A stretch of 64,000 bases of DNA from Tubiluchus corallicola (Eukaryota > Animalia > Priapulida). Every line of letters begins with the position of its first letter. The stretch's first letter is position 1. Below, piece after piece: positions 41,172-54,470 of this stretch. Made by a program: the position numbers and the translations under genes. The notes under the pieces were generated by a model. It was not told where the DNA came from. It saw nothing but the letters and a program-made list of their open reading frames with translations, and made no database searches. The stretch is from assembly GCA_030141605.1 (NCBI GenBank), contig JAQGDQ010000051.1, positions 434,001 to 498,000 on the forward strand, written 5' to 3'.

Positions 41172-42098
41172 CGTAGGTAAAAATGGCACAGGAAAAATGG
41201 CGCAAATGGAAAAATAGGTCAAATTGGCACCCTTAGCAAAATATTGCTTAGGGTTAGGATGACAGTGGGGGAGGGTAATTATTTTAGTTACTTTTACTTC
41301 TACCAAGGAAGTTGTGTTTTAACACAGCTTGTTTGTCTGTTTGGTTGGTTTTTATCTGTTGTAGCAGCAAGCTTATTACACAAAAACTATCCAATAGATT
41401 TCCAAGCAACTTTGTGAAGAAAGGCGGGTAAGGGTGTCGAAATGGGAATTTTTCGCTAGTTCTTTTTTCTCAAAACTTGATTGAACACCACGTACCAAAA
41501 ACAAAAATCTCGAAGGGCTTCGTTGGGGTCTCAGAGAGTGTTTAAATTTCTTTTTTGTTATCTCTACTGGACAAACAACTTCGTGTTAATTCCAGTTCCA
41601 TTTCGAGAAATTCTCGCTTGTAAAACTATGTGACGCTGTCTATAAACTTATTAATGTGTATAGCCGGATCAGGTAACTTGCTTTGTATTATATTTGTCAG
41701 TCTATTACCATCGCCAAAATAATGGTGAAATACGGTAGATAAACACAAAGTGGAACATTTGTACATTGTTGATTATAAATCCATTTAACGAACAAATATT
41801 TTGTGAGTTTTTTGCTAGTCTATATAATACCAATACAGATACATTTTTGTATGTTTGCTTGTTTATTTTTGTGTTATATTTTTTGAATCAAAAGAATTAA
41901 CCGAATAAGTTTAGGATTGTTCAGCTTTGGCAAAAATCTGCTTCCTACTGAGCACATTCTAGTTTTATTATAGAAATCAATTGTATAAAAATAATATATA
42001 AGCTATTTTTCCTACTTTTACATTTGTGCCATTTTTTCCTGTGCGATTTTTACCGACTTTTCCAGTTGTACCGTTTTTTCCTGTGCCATTTTTATCGC
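41172..42098. mobile_element. Nested MITE with GGTAAAAATGGCACAGGAAAAA termini
   Basis: 41175-41220 inverted relative to TTTGTGCCATTTTTTCCTGTGCGATTTTTACC (42024-42054) and CCTGTGCCATTTTTATC (42080-42097). Confidence 0.65.
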
Positions 42099-43369
42099 AT
42101 ACTAAAAATTCCTAGTACCAACATTTCCCTGTAACAAAATTTCCTCGTACCGAAATTACCTATGCCAAACTTACCTGTATCAAGCTTACTAGTACCAAAC
42201 TTACCGTGCCCCAATTCAAATGTGTTGCGTATCACTTCAAGACACAACACGGTAAACAAAACAAAAAGATCGGGCTAAATAACGGAAATGCACAGAGTGA
42301 ATAATCGTTTATAGTTTTGATTACAATTTCCTGCCTTTTTAAGTAACCAATGGTGTGAAAACAGTAAATCTTATAATAGTTATTCATTGTTAACAAATTT
42401 ATTAGCAAATTTGCAAAAGTGTTGCAATTGTCGATGAATGCTGCTGAAAGAATTTTCCGCTGAAATAAATATCATTCGCTATTAAGTGCAATATTTTATG
42501 AAAATCAATGCACTCGTTTGGCTCGCTTAATAGCCGAGTTAATAAAATATCTTTTCGGAAATGCCAAAATCTCCTCACAATTCATGTTGACCTAAAAACT
42601 CTGATTTGAATTGACGGTACGTGTACAATACGCCCTTTAGACGTTAATTTTTGAGTTCGCATGTCATGTATTTATTTTCGGGTGTTCACTGTATTGGCCT
42701 TTTCTATAAATATCTTCCATATGCTGCAGTTCAACAGAATCCGTTTCGTGGATGATGTGAAGCTTACTGGTGTTCGTGCAACGTGCTGTATCAGTCGGGC
42801 TTCAGTAACAACTATAATACTTATGAAGTTTGGACATTCTGAAAAACGCAGTTTAGATAATTTACTGGTATTTTCAACTAAAAAGCAGTAGATACATTCT
42901 TTGCATTCCTACGTAGTTTCTAAAACAGTAGCTTCAGTCACACTCAGGCCAGAATGGATTATCGGCGTACGAGGCACGATCTTTCTGATGTAAGCAAAAA
43001 TATTTCTATCATAGTTTAACAAAAAATTCTTTTTTATTTTAAAGTACTATATAGTCATTATTAGTTCAGTAGTCATTAATTCGTATTTAACTTAATTTTT
43101 AGTCTCGTGCGCAATTGAAAAAGTAACAATTCGACGTCACTGGCTCATTAGCATTCCGCACACTCTGTATGACAACGGTTATTCCATTTATTAGACGGAC
43201 AATGCATGAGGATTCTCATGTTAAATTATGTTTCGTTAAACCGTTGTATTTTCAACGTATTTTAATGCCGACGTACCCAATGCAAGCGGGGTCTGATGAT
43301 GGCTGAAGTCTCGCGTTGCCTCTTTCGGATTTTGCATAACTAAGAAAAACTAAGAAAAGTAATATATAC

Positions 43370-44430
43370 GTAGGACCGGATTATGATCTTCTGGGGCCAC
43401 TAGACTAATGGAATTATGGGCCCGATCAGAAGGAGCCACCCTCTAACTCTTGAATATTTTTTCTCGTGATATATTTTAGCGATATTTGCACAGCTTGAAG
43501 TAAACATTACCAGGGCTGGACCCATTAGCAAACTACGCGGTTGCCTAGGGCGCCAAATTCTGGAAATAATTATTTAATTTTTAAGTTTGCTTTAGCATAA
43601 GTAATTACATAGTGAATGTGTAATTGCTTAAGTGCACAACACTTTAATTTAATGAAACGAACTGCTTCCGTTACTTTCCTGTCAACGTGTATTTATCGTT
43701 AACACGGAGCTGTCTGCCTTCAGCAAAACACTTTTGTTTACCTGGCTTCCTAATTACGTCACCGTATGCAGACATTATAAAGCATTCATTTAATAAAAAA
43801 TTTTACAATAACATTTATCAAATTATGGCAGAGATTGCCAGAGAAACCTATGAGAATCGTAGCCCTTTGGAACGTAATACAGGAAACGCAAGGTTAAAAA
43901 AAGCTGGCGGACACCGAACAGCAAAAAGAATCGCTAATGAAATATTTTCAACCAGACAACAGCTATACACGAAGTTATGAAGATAAGGAAACTAGTGAAA
44001 TGGATGCAAGTAAAAACGAGTTAAGTTTTTCTGATGAAAAGTCTGATTGAAAATCTAGCTAAAACTGTGTACGTGAAGAATATGCAGCAGATACTGTAGA
44101 AATTTTTCTTACTCCTGAAGACCCAAGTGCATGGCGACTGTGGGGAAAACGTTAACCGTAGAGGAGGGGATCTCAGATTATCTAGAGCAGGCCTTGCTTA
44201 TTCTACATAATTTAAATCAACTAGAATGACTATATTTTCTTTGTCCTTAAAATATTCCTTAAAAATGCCACTATTCTACTATTTGTTGCCAACCAAATTA
44301 GCACATATTTAAATGCAAACGTGGTGAAAAAACCGATTTTTTGCTAAATGTTACCACCGCTTGAGGGCCCCCAAGCTTGAGAGGCTCTAGGCTGCAGCCT
44401 ATACTAGCCTATAGGATAATCCGGCACTGC
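43370..44430. mobile_element. hAT-type non-autonomous element
   Basis: Termini GTAGGACCGGATTAT / ATAATCCGGCACTGC; 8-bp TSD ATATATAC / ATGTATAC; ends resemble 10630-11037. Confidence 0.6.
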
Positions 44431-45227
44431 ATGTATACGCCATTTAACGAGGCTGATTTTTAATGAGTGCCCTTCTCCATCTTACATCATATATTTTACC
44501 ATTTTAGTATTGCATAACGGTCTGGTAAAATATCTTTCACTTTTATTTTTTTGTATCCTACCTAGGAATACAAAACATAGAAATTGGATAAACTCTTCTA
44601 TTTGAATTTTTTCTCTATATTCCCTACCTGATATCTAAAATTGTATTTTAGAAAGTGATTTTGATTTATTATTAGTTACTCCTCTCTGTATTACGAGTGT
44701 AATCTTACGACACGTACGTTTAATTTCATTTTAGAATCACAAAACATTTTCAGGATTTTGAAAACTGAAAGCCCGAACAATTAAATTAAAAGTCGATGTA
44801 ATTCAATAACTTATTTAGTTTTACACATTATACTGCATAATTAGCGCCATATTCTTAATTAATCCTTACGCAGTATTTACATAATAGTTATTTTGTCTTG
44901 TAAACAGTGTAGGTTTATTTTTTAACATTTAAAATCCCGAAAAAATAAAATGAGTAAAATAAAATTAACACATCCATAAAAATAACAGCATCATAGCTGT
45001 TTTTTTCGTTTACTTGACAACATTTAGTGCAAAATATCATTTTTTGGAGGTTCTTAGCAAAGACTAGAGGGTGAGCGCTAAGATGTTTCTAGTTTGCTCC
45101 GTTAAATTTGTATACAAATTAAATGAAAATTCTAGACTCTATAGCATTTTAAAAAGCGTTTACTTTACTTTTTTGTGTCAATCCTGTATATTAACACTAC
45201 TTTACTAATCACATATTCTTCTTACAG

Positions 45228-46931
45228 ATTGGCCACGAACAATATAGAATTAAAACTGGGGATGTATACAGAAGTCCGTCAAATTATCGTCAAGTAGATG
45301 GTCCTACGACTCGTTCACGAGATCGTTATTTTAGCAAACCGTCGCCGTCACGAGTACCGTCCTTAGATCGTTATTCAGACAGGGGCAGAAACCGTTCCTC
45401 AGACAGAAGTCCTGCGAAGTCCATTGCTCCTAATTCTTACATTGAATCACTCACAAGTAACGATAAACTCACAGAAAGAACACCTTTATTCTCTGCGAAA
45501 ACTGACAATACTTCAGACAGAAAAACACTCAAATCAACTTCCTCAACTGATTATGATTCTTTTTCAAAAAGGCCTACGAAAAAAAAGTATGCACCACAAC
45601 AGAAAGACTACGCCGGCCCAACAAGTTCCTTATCCCCTCCACGAAAATCAGGGGACTCAAAAAAAACATTTCAAAGAGCAACTAATCAATCAACATTTCC
45701 AGTAGTTTCGGAATCAGCTTCAGACAATGTAAAACATTTGCAGCCAAGTTTGAGCAGGACATACAGTGTGGAATCTCCCGTAAAAAAACCAACCATGCCT
45801 CACAAAATGAAGTCAGAAAACCCTGCTGTAGGCGAAAATGATTTACGCAAAAGTGATAAATATTTAAAGCAACATGGTGAAATAACTAGTGCCCTAGTTG
45901 ATACAAGCGATAACATGAATTCAAGTGAGCCATTAAAAGGATGGCGTAGAAAAGTTTATGGAAACGAAGGTTCAGAATCAACTGACGACGTTTTACCAAC
46001 TGAAAAACCTCGAAGTACAGCTGAAATCCGAAGAGAAGCAAGACAAGAAGGTGTGAAAAAGTACGGGAGGAGGCACGATGTAATCGCTATACCCAAAATG
46101 CTTCCACCAGAGCTAGATAAACGAAAGAGACCCACAGGAATTCAGTATCCACCAGGCTATCATCATATGACAGGAGAAAAGCTACCGGAAGACACATCAA
46201 AATTAAAAAATGAGTTTGAAAATGAAAATGAGTCCGTAGTATCTGTTAGATCGGACAGTGACATCAAGTCGCCAAGAGCAGCAAGGAAACTACAACGTGA
46301 ACATAAATTGAAAGTACACATTCCAGACAAATCAAATGCTTCCGCTAGTACTGAACGAGGCAACAATATGCAACCTTTGCCAAACAAAGATTTCAGAAAA
46401 TCTCTGCTCAACAGGGCTGATGTGGATGTTGATGAAAGAGAGTATGAGAAATTGCTGAAGGAAAGACAGACGTCTAAAAGGTGCCAAAAGCAGGTATCAG
46501 ACAGACCGTACAACAAACGTATTAATGCAAATGCATATTTGCACGATGACCACCAAAAATCATTTTTATCTGCTTCGACAGATTCTGGGAGTGATTATGT
46601 AGAAAAGAAAGTGACTGTATCTCCGAAATCACCCAATAGTGCAGAAAATGCAGCGGGAATACCCCTCCACGAAGCGGATGGCCAAAAGGTACCTACATCA
46701 AAAAATAATCGTCATTCAAAACAGGTGAAAAACTTTATAAGTGATGTAAAAAATATTGACTTGCTTCTTGCTGACAGTGAAGACTTTGATGAAAACCAGT
46801 ATGATTTTAATGAATTAGAAAAACGATATGATGATAAAAGCATTATTGCAAAGAAAGCGCTTATTACTGCCGACTGTTTGGATCTTGAAAAAACTAACAC
46901 GGGAAATCATGACATCCACAACGCAAAAAAG
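45228..46931 (+). CDS. Large internal coding exon (568 codons) of an unidentified host gene; S/K/R/D/E-rich, probably disordered
   Basis: Branch-like CTAAT + pyrimidine tract + CAG acceptor (ends 45227); frame open from IGHEQYRIKTG... through the 415-aa track ORF; consensus donor AAG|GTGAGT at 46931/46932; phase 0 at both ends; no stops and no TE motifs. Confidence 0.8.
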
Positions 46932-47002
46932 GTGAGTAGAACAGAACAGAACCGGGAAATTATTTTTTACATGGATAAAATATAAAAACATAATATTAAT
47001 TA

Positions 47003-47646
47003 TTACAAGTAAAAATATGCAAAATGTTACAATCATCCCCTGTCTCCCCTACATCTCATCTAAAATGTTGTTTTACCAATTTAGTTCTGTTGTCCTTAGT
47101 AAATAATTTTCAATTGGTTTTTAAATCTTTAACTTATAAATTTTTCCTTTATGACTTTATTTTGTGACACTTATCAGCAATTCAAAATTCTTAGTTCTTA
47201 ATGCTTAGGTTTTTTAATTTAAAATGTCCATTTGATTTTAATGTATGCTATTAATGTAAAGTGTTTACTGTACAATTTCACTTATTTAAAATTATCTATT
47301 TAATGCACTAATCATGTATGGACCATGTGGAAATGGTGTATTAAATACAATTTTGATGTGCATTCATGTAAAGATAAATTTCTATTCTATTCTATCTTGA
47401 TCTTGAAATGCACGCCGCGGTCGTGGCGTCATCTGGGTTAATGTGAGTCGCCAAGAAGACAGCTTAGAATTGCTTTACAATGTTTATGCCAGTTAGCATA
47501 CTTCTCCGTTATTGTTGCAGAGGGTTAAACGTGTGGACAACCCATTAAAAGTTAAAATAAAACTCATCTAGTCTATGCACGTATTAACTCATTAATTAGA
47601 AAATTCTCGCTGTGTTCCCTCAATGTTAAATTACGTCTTTCTAAAA

Positions 47647-47739
<93 letters not shown>

Positions 47740-47752
47740 GTAATTATTATTA
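47003..47752 (-). repeat. Inverted near-identical duplicate of 23933-24717, including (ATT)n
   Basis: About 640 nt of unique sequence match as reverse complement with only scattered substitutions, plus the microsatellite. Confidence 0.93.
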
Positions 47753-47946
47753 TGAGTTTATTTTGCATAAAAATATACAGCTTACAAAGACAGCAGGATG
47801 TTAGTCAAGTAACATACCTACAGAAATTCAACTTCGTAACATCCACTCATTTCAGTATGCTTGTAATTGTATTACAATATACGGTGTTGCAAGAATCTAT
47901 AACAGGTATCATAAAGCGTAATCTTTAAATGGATTTTTTTACCATT

Positions 47947-50900
47947 TGTTGTGGAGATCCGCTAGAATTAAATAGTATATTGTAGAATGTTCTATAGTAT
48001 AGTAGAACTATCTTCTTACCTTGTAGAAGTTTCGAGAATTTTTTGCACTGATATATAAGGCGGAGCTGGCCGCTGGGGTTTATTCTCTCACCTTCTCTTG
48101 TATCCTTGTATTCTCGGAATCTCAGATACGATTTCTCGCTTTCACGTTTCCAGATTATTACATTTACTGTAAACATTTCGCGTTCCTTCATACTTTTGTG
48201 TTGTAGAATTCTCGTATAATCAACTAGTTTAACTTGCCGACGTGTTTTCTGGTTTTCTCTACGAGCCTTCCGAGAGACACAAAACACAACAAATTTTGGC
48301 AAAGTCGATGTTTATTCAAGCAATGATGGCGGAGCAGATGGGCGAACTTCTCAAGCTCCTCTCGCAGCAGATTCAGATCCAGAGGGAACAGATGGATCGG
48401 CAGGCGCAGCAAAACAAAGAAGATATGGATGCTATGAGGAGGCTGCTTCAGGCTCGAACTCCTGAAGATGATGCCAGTTCAAGCACCCATCTTCTACCTG
48501 CATCAGCACTTACAGCTGCTATTCCACCATTTGTTGCTTTTGATCCAACTTCTGAACTGTGGCCTGACTACTGGTCAAGATTTTGTACCTTCGTGGCAGC
48601 CAACGCAGTACCTGACCAACGCAAGGCTCAAGTTTTCCTAACAAATCAGACTGCTGCCATCTACAAACAACTGGCGAATCTGGCGATGCGACAGTCTCCA
48701 TCCAAGGATATCAACAAACTGACAATAGACGAGACTGTCGACTTTATGAAGGAACAGTTTGACCCTAAAATCTTCATTGTGTGAGAACGTTTCAAGTTCT
48801 GGAGTGACATGCAACGGAAGCCAGGCGAAACTCTCTGGGAGTTAGCAGCTCACATATGCCAAGACACTGCTACCTATGACTTTTCTTCAATCCAAGCCCC
48901 ACAAGATGAAGCTCTGAGGCAGAGATTTATATGCTCTGTCAACAATGAAGCTGTCTTGAAGGCTATCTTCAAGATCAAGGATGAAGATCTGACTATTGCC
49001 CGTGCTGTCCAAGTCGCTATCGAGACTGAAGACGCGGCAAAGGTTACCAAGGAAACTGTCTACGGTTCCAAGACCAGGCCCGTCAACAAAGTCAAGCTGA
49101 ACTAGAACAAGGGTCAACGAAGGAACCATCAGCAGTTAAATTCCACAGACACGGATACAAAGTGCTACCGTTGTGAAAAGGCCCACAAAGTGACTGACTG
49201 TCCCTACAAGGATGCCAAGTGCCATTTCTGTGACAAGAAAGGACATTTGGAGGCTGTTTGCATGAAGAAGCAACGACAGCAACTGGACCGGAAATCTGGA
49301 AAGTCCTTGAGGAGAATCACAAAAGATGAGCTTGTCAAGGCGATCCTCGGTGAAGTTCTCTAAGATTCTTCTAGTTTGGATGTCGACGTCAACATCCAAG
49401 ACCAACAGTTCAAGATGAAACTTGACACTGCAACCATAGGAAATTTCATTTCAGTGCCGGTCTGGAAACAACTAGAAAAGCCAAAGCTGGATGACATCAG
49501 ACATCGCAATGAGTCTGCCAGCGATCACGACCTGCCAGTGCTGGGAACTTTCATGGGCCAGACCAAGGATCCAAAGACTGGTAAACAAAGCTCAATTCCC
49601 TACATCGTCACCAAGATCCCTGACCTAAACCTGCTTGGACGAAATACTATCCAGATTCTGAGATTTTCTGTGGACAATGCTCCAGGACTGAGAAGCATAG
49701 AGAGTCACGACAAGAGCAAGGCTGTTAAAAAGTCATGTCCAGATACCTCTTTCATTGGAAGTCAAGTTCAAGTCTGACATGAAGCCGGTTTTTCACAAGG
49801 CACGACCGGTTCCATTCGCTTTTCGTGATGACCTGGCTAACGTTGCGAAGAAGGCATCGCCAAAGGTGTCTGGAAGCCAGTCCAATTCAACAAATACGGA
49901 ATGCCAGTGGTACAGATTCGTAAAGCTTACACTCCAGATGCTCAGAAGCCCAAGTTGCAGACCTGTGGTGACTACTCAGTCGGCATCAGCGATCAGCTAG
50001 AGGACCACCGTCATCCAATGCCACTCCCAGAGGGACTGATGCAGAAGCTAGGAGGCAGATACGGCTAATCAAAGATTGATCTTGCTGATGCCTACAACGA
50101 GATTATGCTGACACCCAAGAGTCAATGCAGGCTAACTCTCAGAACCCACCGTGGGGTACTCCTGCAGCAACGACTCCCTTTCGGAATCAAGTCAGTGCCT
50201 GGTTACTTTCAGGAGATCATGGAGAACTTGACCAGTGATCTGCCTGGAGTTGCCGACTTCCAAGACGATATGCTCGCCAGTGGGCAAGACACAAATGATC
50301 ACCTGAGCAACCTGAGACGGTTGCTCACTCGTCTGAATGACAAAAGACTCAGAAGTCGTCGTAAAAAGTGCACACAACCAAGTATTGAATATCTTGGGCA
50401 CACCTTATCGGCCGAAGGAGTCGCAAAAGGATCCAAGGTCGAGGCAGTCATGAAGATGCCACCTCCTACAGACGTCTCAACCTTGAAGTCTTTCTTGGAC
50501 TCGGTGCAGTTCTACGGGAAGTTCATCCCAAACCTAGCTACTATGGCAGAGCCTCTTTACCGCTTGACCAAGAAAACAGCCCCTAGAAGTGGGGAGATGA
50601 GGAGCAAACAGCATTTGAACTGTTGAAAAATGTGCTATCCTTAGATCAAGTCCTTGTGCATTTCGACCCAGACAAGCCTCTGGGATTGGCTTGTGACACG
50701 TTCAACGTTGGAATTGGAGCTGTCCTGTTTCATCGTTATCCGAACAGAAGCGAGCGTCCAATTGCCAATGTGTCCAGGACTCTCACTGCTGCAGAAAGGA
50801 ACTACAGCCAAATACATAAGGAAGCCCTAGCCATTATCTTTGGCTTGTGGAAATTCTACCAGTACCTCTACGGGCATCATCTCGTACTGGTGACTGATCA

Positions 50901-52816
50901 TAAGCCATTGACATCACTCTTCGGACCAAAGAAAGGGACGCCACTTCTTGCAGCTAATCGTCTAGCTCGGTGGGTCCTTTGGCTGAACCAGTTTGACTAC
51001 AACATCGAGTACCAGAAAACAGCAGATGCCCTTAGTCGCTTGCCATCTGGAGACGACAACGACTTTGACAGGGAGGAAAATGGTGAAGACATGGACATGG
51101 TATGTGCCATCAAAGTTCTCAGTCTTCAAGCCAAGCCTGTGGATGCCAACATCCTCCGACAAGAGTCAGGGAAAGATCCAGTGCTAGATACAGTCATGTG
51201 CAACGTCCGAGAAGGATGGCCGCCCAAGCACGCTGAGATCAAAAAGAAGTCAAAAAGTTCCGGAAGTTGTCGGATTCACTCAGTATCTGCTGTGGATGCC
51301 TCATTCATGGATCAAGAGTTGTGATACCACGAACGGTTGTGATCGGGTACTTCGGCATGGAACACACGAAACAGTTGGCAAGAACTGCTGTCTATGCGGC
51401 TATTGAGATGGCAAGCCGACGATGTGACTCGTGCAAAGAACATCAAAACAAGCCATCTAAGCTTGCAGTTCACCCATGGATGCTACCAGAGAAGCCATGG
51501 AGCTGCTTACACCTGGATCACGCCATAAACTTCCTGGGTAAGAGCTGGCTGGTGATCATGGATGCTTACTCAAAGTATCCATGCATTCACCCTACATCTT
51601 CCACGTCCACTAGAACTACTCTAGATCTGCTGGAAGAGGACTTCGCTCACTTCGGATTACCTCACACGCTGGTCACAGACAATGCATCAACCTTCATGTC
51701 TGATGAATTCCAGAGCTGGTACAAAGAACATGGGATCACACATCTCACAGGAGCACCATACCATACAGCTACCAACAGAGCAGCAGAACACTTGGTGCAG
51801 ATGGTCCTTATGGTCCTTAACGCTGAAGCAGGGAGTACCCGAAGCTTTCTTGATGACCGCTGATATCCGTCTCGACAAGGTCCACAGTACAGCACATAGA
51901 CAGGCTCTCCAGCCTTTTACTGCTTCGTGACCTTGGACACCTCCTGAGTCTGGAGTCGAGCGAGATGACTCCTCGGATTGCTTGTCCTGAGCTGTGTGTA
52001 CTGGCGAGGGTAGCAGGGAGTCTATGCTTGTCCGTATCTGCCAAGACATCAAGAGTTCACTCAGAGAAATGTTCTCCGGCACTGCATCAGATACTCTTGA
52101 AGAGCTCGCTTCGGGGGCAGAGAAGACTTCTTGAGTGCTTGCTTGAATGTCTGCACCAAGTGTTCTGCTGCTCTGTTGGTAGCTGTATGGTATGGTGCTC
52201 CTGTGAGATGTGTGATCCCATGTTCGGATCTTAATGCTGAAGGACCTCATGGTCCAGCGTGGAGACGACACTGGGAACCGCTACGTCCGTGCTACACTAC
52301 TGTAGAGGACTTTGAACCTGGTGATGAGACGGACTTTACTTCTGAGCTTCCACCTGATCATCCAATGGAGATCCTGGAAGAACTGCCAGAAACTCTGAAG
52401 CAGACCAGAGCACCTCGGCCCAAGTCCGAGACCAAGCCGCCTGTGCCAGAGATAGCAACAGTTTTGGTGGGGAGGCGTTGTGGAGATCTGCTAGAATTAA
52501 ATAGAATATTGTAGAATGTTCTATAGTATAGTAGAACTATCTTCTTACCTTGTAGAAGTTTCGAGAACGTTTGCACTGATATACAAGGCGGAGCTGGCCG
52601 CTGGGGTTTATTCTCTCGTATTCTCTTGTATCCTTGTATTCTCAGATTCTCAGATACGCTTTCTCGCTTCCACGTTTCCAGATTATCACGTTTACTGTAA
52701 ACATTTCGCGTTCCTTCATACTTTTGTGTTGTAGAATTCTCGCATAATAAACTAGTTTATTTTGGCGAGGTGTTTTCTGGTTTTCTCTACGAAAAAACTA
52801 TATACAAAACACAACA
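47947..52816 (+). mobile_element. Full-length decayed Ty3/Gypsy LTR retrotransposon
   Basis: LTRs 47947-48291 and 52476-52816; flanks CCATT / CCTTT (TSD, 1 mismatch); PBS-like TGGCAAAGTCG; PPT GGTGGGGAGG. Confidence 0.95.
48323..52440 (+). pseudogene. Gypsy gag-pol (frameshifted; integrase 3' part inverted)
   Basis: gag FDPTSELWPDYWSRF; two CCHC-like knuckles ~49164-49262; protease LDTA; RT RLPFGIKS...FQDD; RH LACD...YSQIHKEALA...TDHKPL; integrase HLDHA...LVTDN. Confidence 0.92.
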
Positions 52817-53099
52817 CCTTTAACTTTACATTTTCGTTTAGATCTGCAGTACAATCATATTTTAATCCTAGTAATATGTTTGCAACAAATGCTTTTTTTC
52901 TTTCAACGTTACTTTACTGGTATTTTGTAATCAGTAACTGCTCAGGTGAATTAGAAGTGTTTTTCGGTAGCCGACACCTTTACCTACAGTCTACAGAGAT
53001 AATTTTATTGGTTTTGCTGCCTGCTATAGCTGACTAGCTGCTGTTACCATTTTTACAGTGCGTTTTGATAAACTAATTATAACTTTTAACTCTTTTTTA

Positions 53100-54470
53100 T
53101 TTCGGCGGTTTTCCCAGTTAGTCGAACAATGAGTGTGAGGTGTAGAAGTACAGTAGCATTTTAAAGTTGTCAATTAAGATGCTTAGTAGTTTATCGATGT
53201 GAACTTGCTCTAGCGTAGTACATTTTACTTTTATATGGAGATCTAGTGAATTGGCTGCACAGGCTCGTTTTAGGGCACTGCACACAATCATTGTTTTTGT
53301 TTTTACTACATTAAGGCTGATTTTATTAGCTAATATCCATTGATTTATATTGTTCACATAATTCTGTAGCTTAGTTTGAATTTTGCCAATATTTCGAGAA
53401 TTAAAGCATACACAGCTGTTCATCGACACACACTTCCAGTGAAAATCGTTTCAGCTTTGGGGCAGTAAAAGAATACTGGTCGCAATATAGAACCTTGGGA
53501 AACATGAGATGTAATAACTTCTGATTGTTCACTATTAAGCTGCATAATCGGCTGCCTGTTATTTAAATAAGAATTCAATTTCAATTTAATTCAATTTCAA
53601 TTTATTTATTTCACATCAATAGTATATAATAGTGACATACATTTTACACACACACAACGTACATCATTGCACAATTTTAGTTCAAATTAACGGGTGTAAT
53701 GATAGCAATTAGTACTTATTTACGATTATACTACTGCAGTAAATAAAAAAGCTCACAATAATTTGTAAGAGCGACTGAATGTGAAATAGAAACAAGGAGA
53801 AGAATCTATATACAAAAGTATGTAGAAAATGAATAAGTAAAAGAAAATGTTATAGCTAAAATGAGAAAAAAGAAGATATGAGAATTACAGTTATTATGAC
53901 AGCGTCAACGTGCAGCCACGAGAAAGAATGAATTCAGTAAATGATAAAATTAACAATAGTTGTGTACTTTATACTAATACAAACTGGCTTGCACCATACA
54001 GTGACTGCCGATGGTGTATGGACCTTAAACTGAAATTAACAAATAGTGATTATATTGCAAACGATGATATTCACTGGGTTAAAAGGAAGGAAAAAACTAT
54101 GAAGTACTATGCGAGAGGATTGATTTGATGCTTAAATATTTCTTTAATTTTTTTAACAAAAAATACATTTTTAGCTAAATTGTCTAAATTATTACAAATA
54201 CGTGGTTCGGTGAATGTAGTAAATTGTTTAGCTACATTTGTTCTGCAATATTGAATCTGAAAGAGATTGTACATAAAAGAGTATGTATTTTATTCGTATT
54301 TAGTTTCAAGGAATTATCAAAAAATGTTGGAAAAAGATAGAAGATAGATACAAATAGAAGAAGAAAACCATTCTAATGCTGCTAATGCCTCCGATGCATT
54401 AGTTATGAGTTATCTAAGTTATGAAATAATTTTTAAGGTCTAAAAATAAACACCTTGTAAAATTACTATT
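53100..54470 (-). pseudogene. L2/CR1-group LINE fragments (RT piece 53118-53570; a second 3' end 53575-54470)
   Basis: Minus-strand QGSILRP, WILANKISLNVVKTKTMI; RTNVAKQF...EPRICNNL; (AATTG)-type tail near 53575-53610. Confidence 0.65.

Larger units (their letters stand above)
33410..42210. mobile_element. MITE-like host element with ~15-bp subterminal repeats, split by nested insertions
   Basis: GGAAAATTTGGTACT-type units (33412-33726) are inverted relative to AGTACCAAACTTTCC-type units (41084-41168, 42103-42208). Confidence 0.65.

Noticed and set aside
42670-42850. Possible minus-strand terminal exon (TTTTTCAG acceptor, AATAAA)
   Set aside because: Short, no recognisable protein, no linked exons.
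43100-43360. CpG-containing patch with GACGTCA and CTGATGA as a promoter or hammerhead
   Set aside because: No GAAA/stem II to complete a hammerhead; nearby ATGs hit stops before any donor; promoter role unsupported.
46932-46985. Stop-terminated end of the 415-aa ORF as a single-exon gene
   Set aside because: A consensus GTGAGT donor precedes it and the frame is open upstream to a splice acceptor, so an internal exon fits better.
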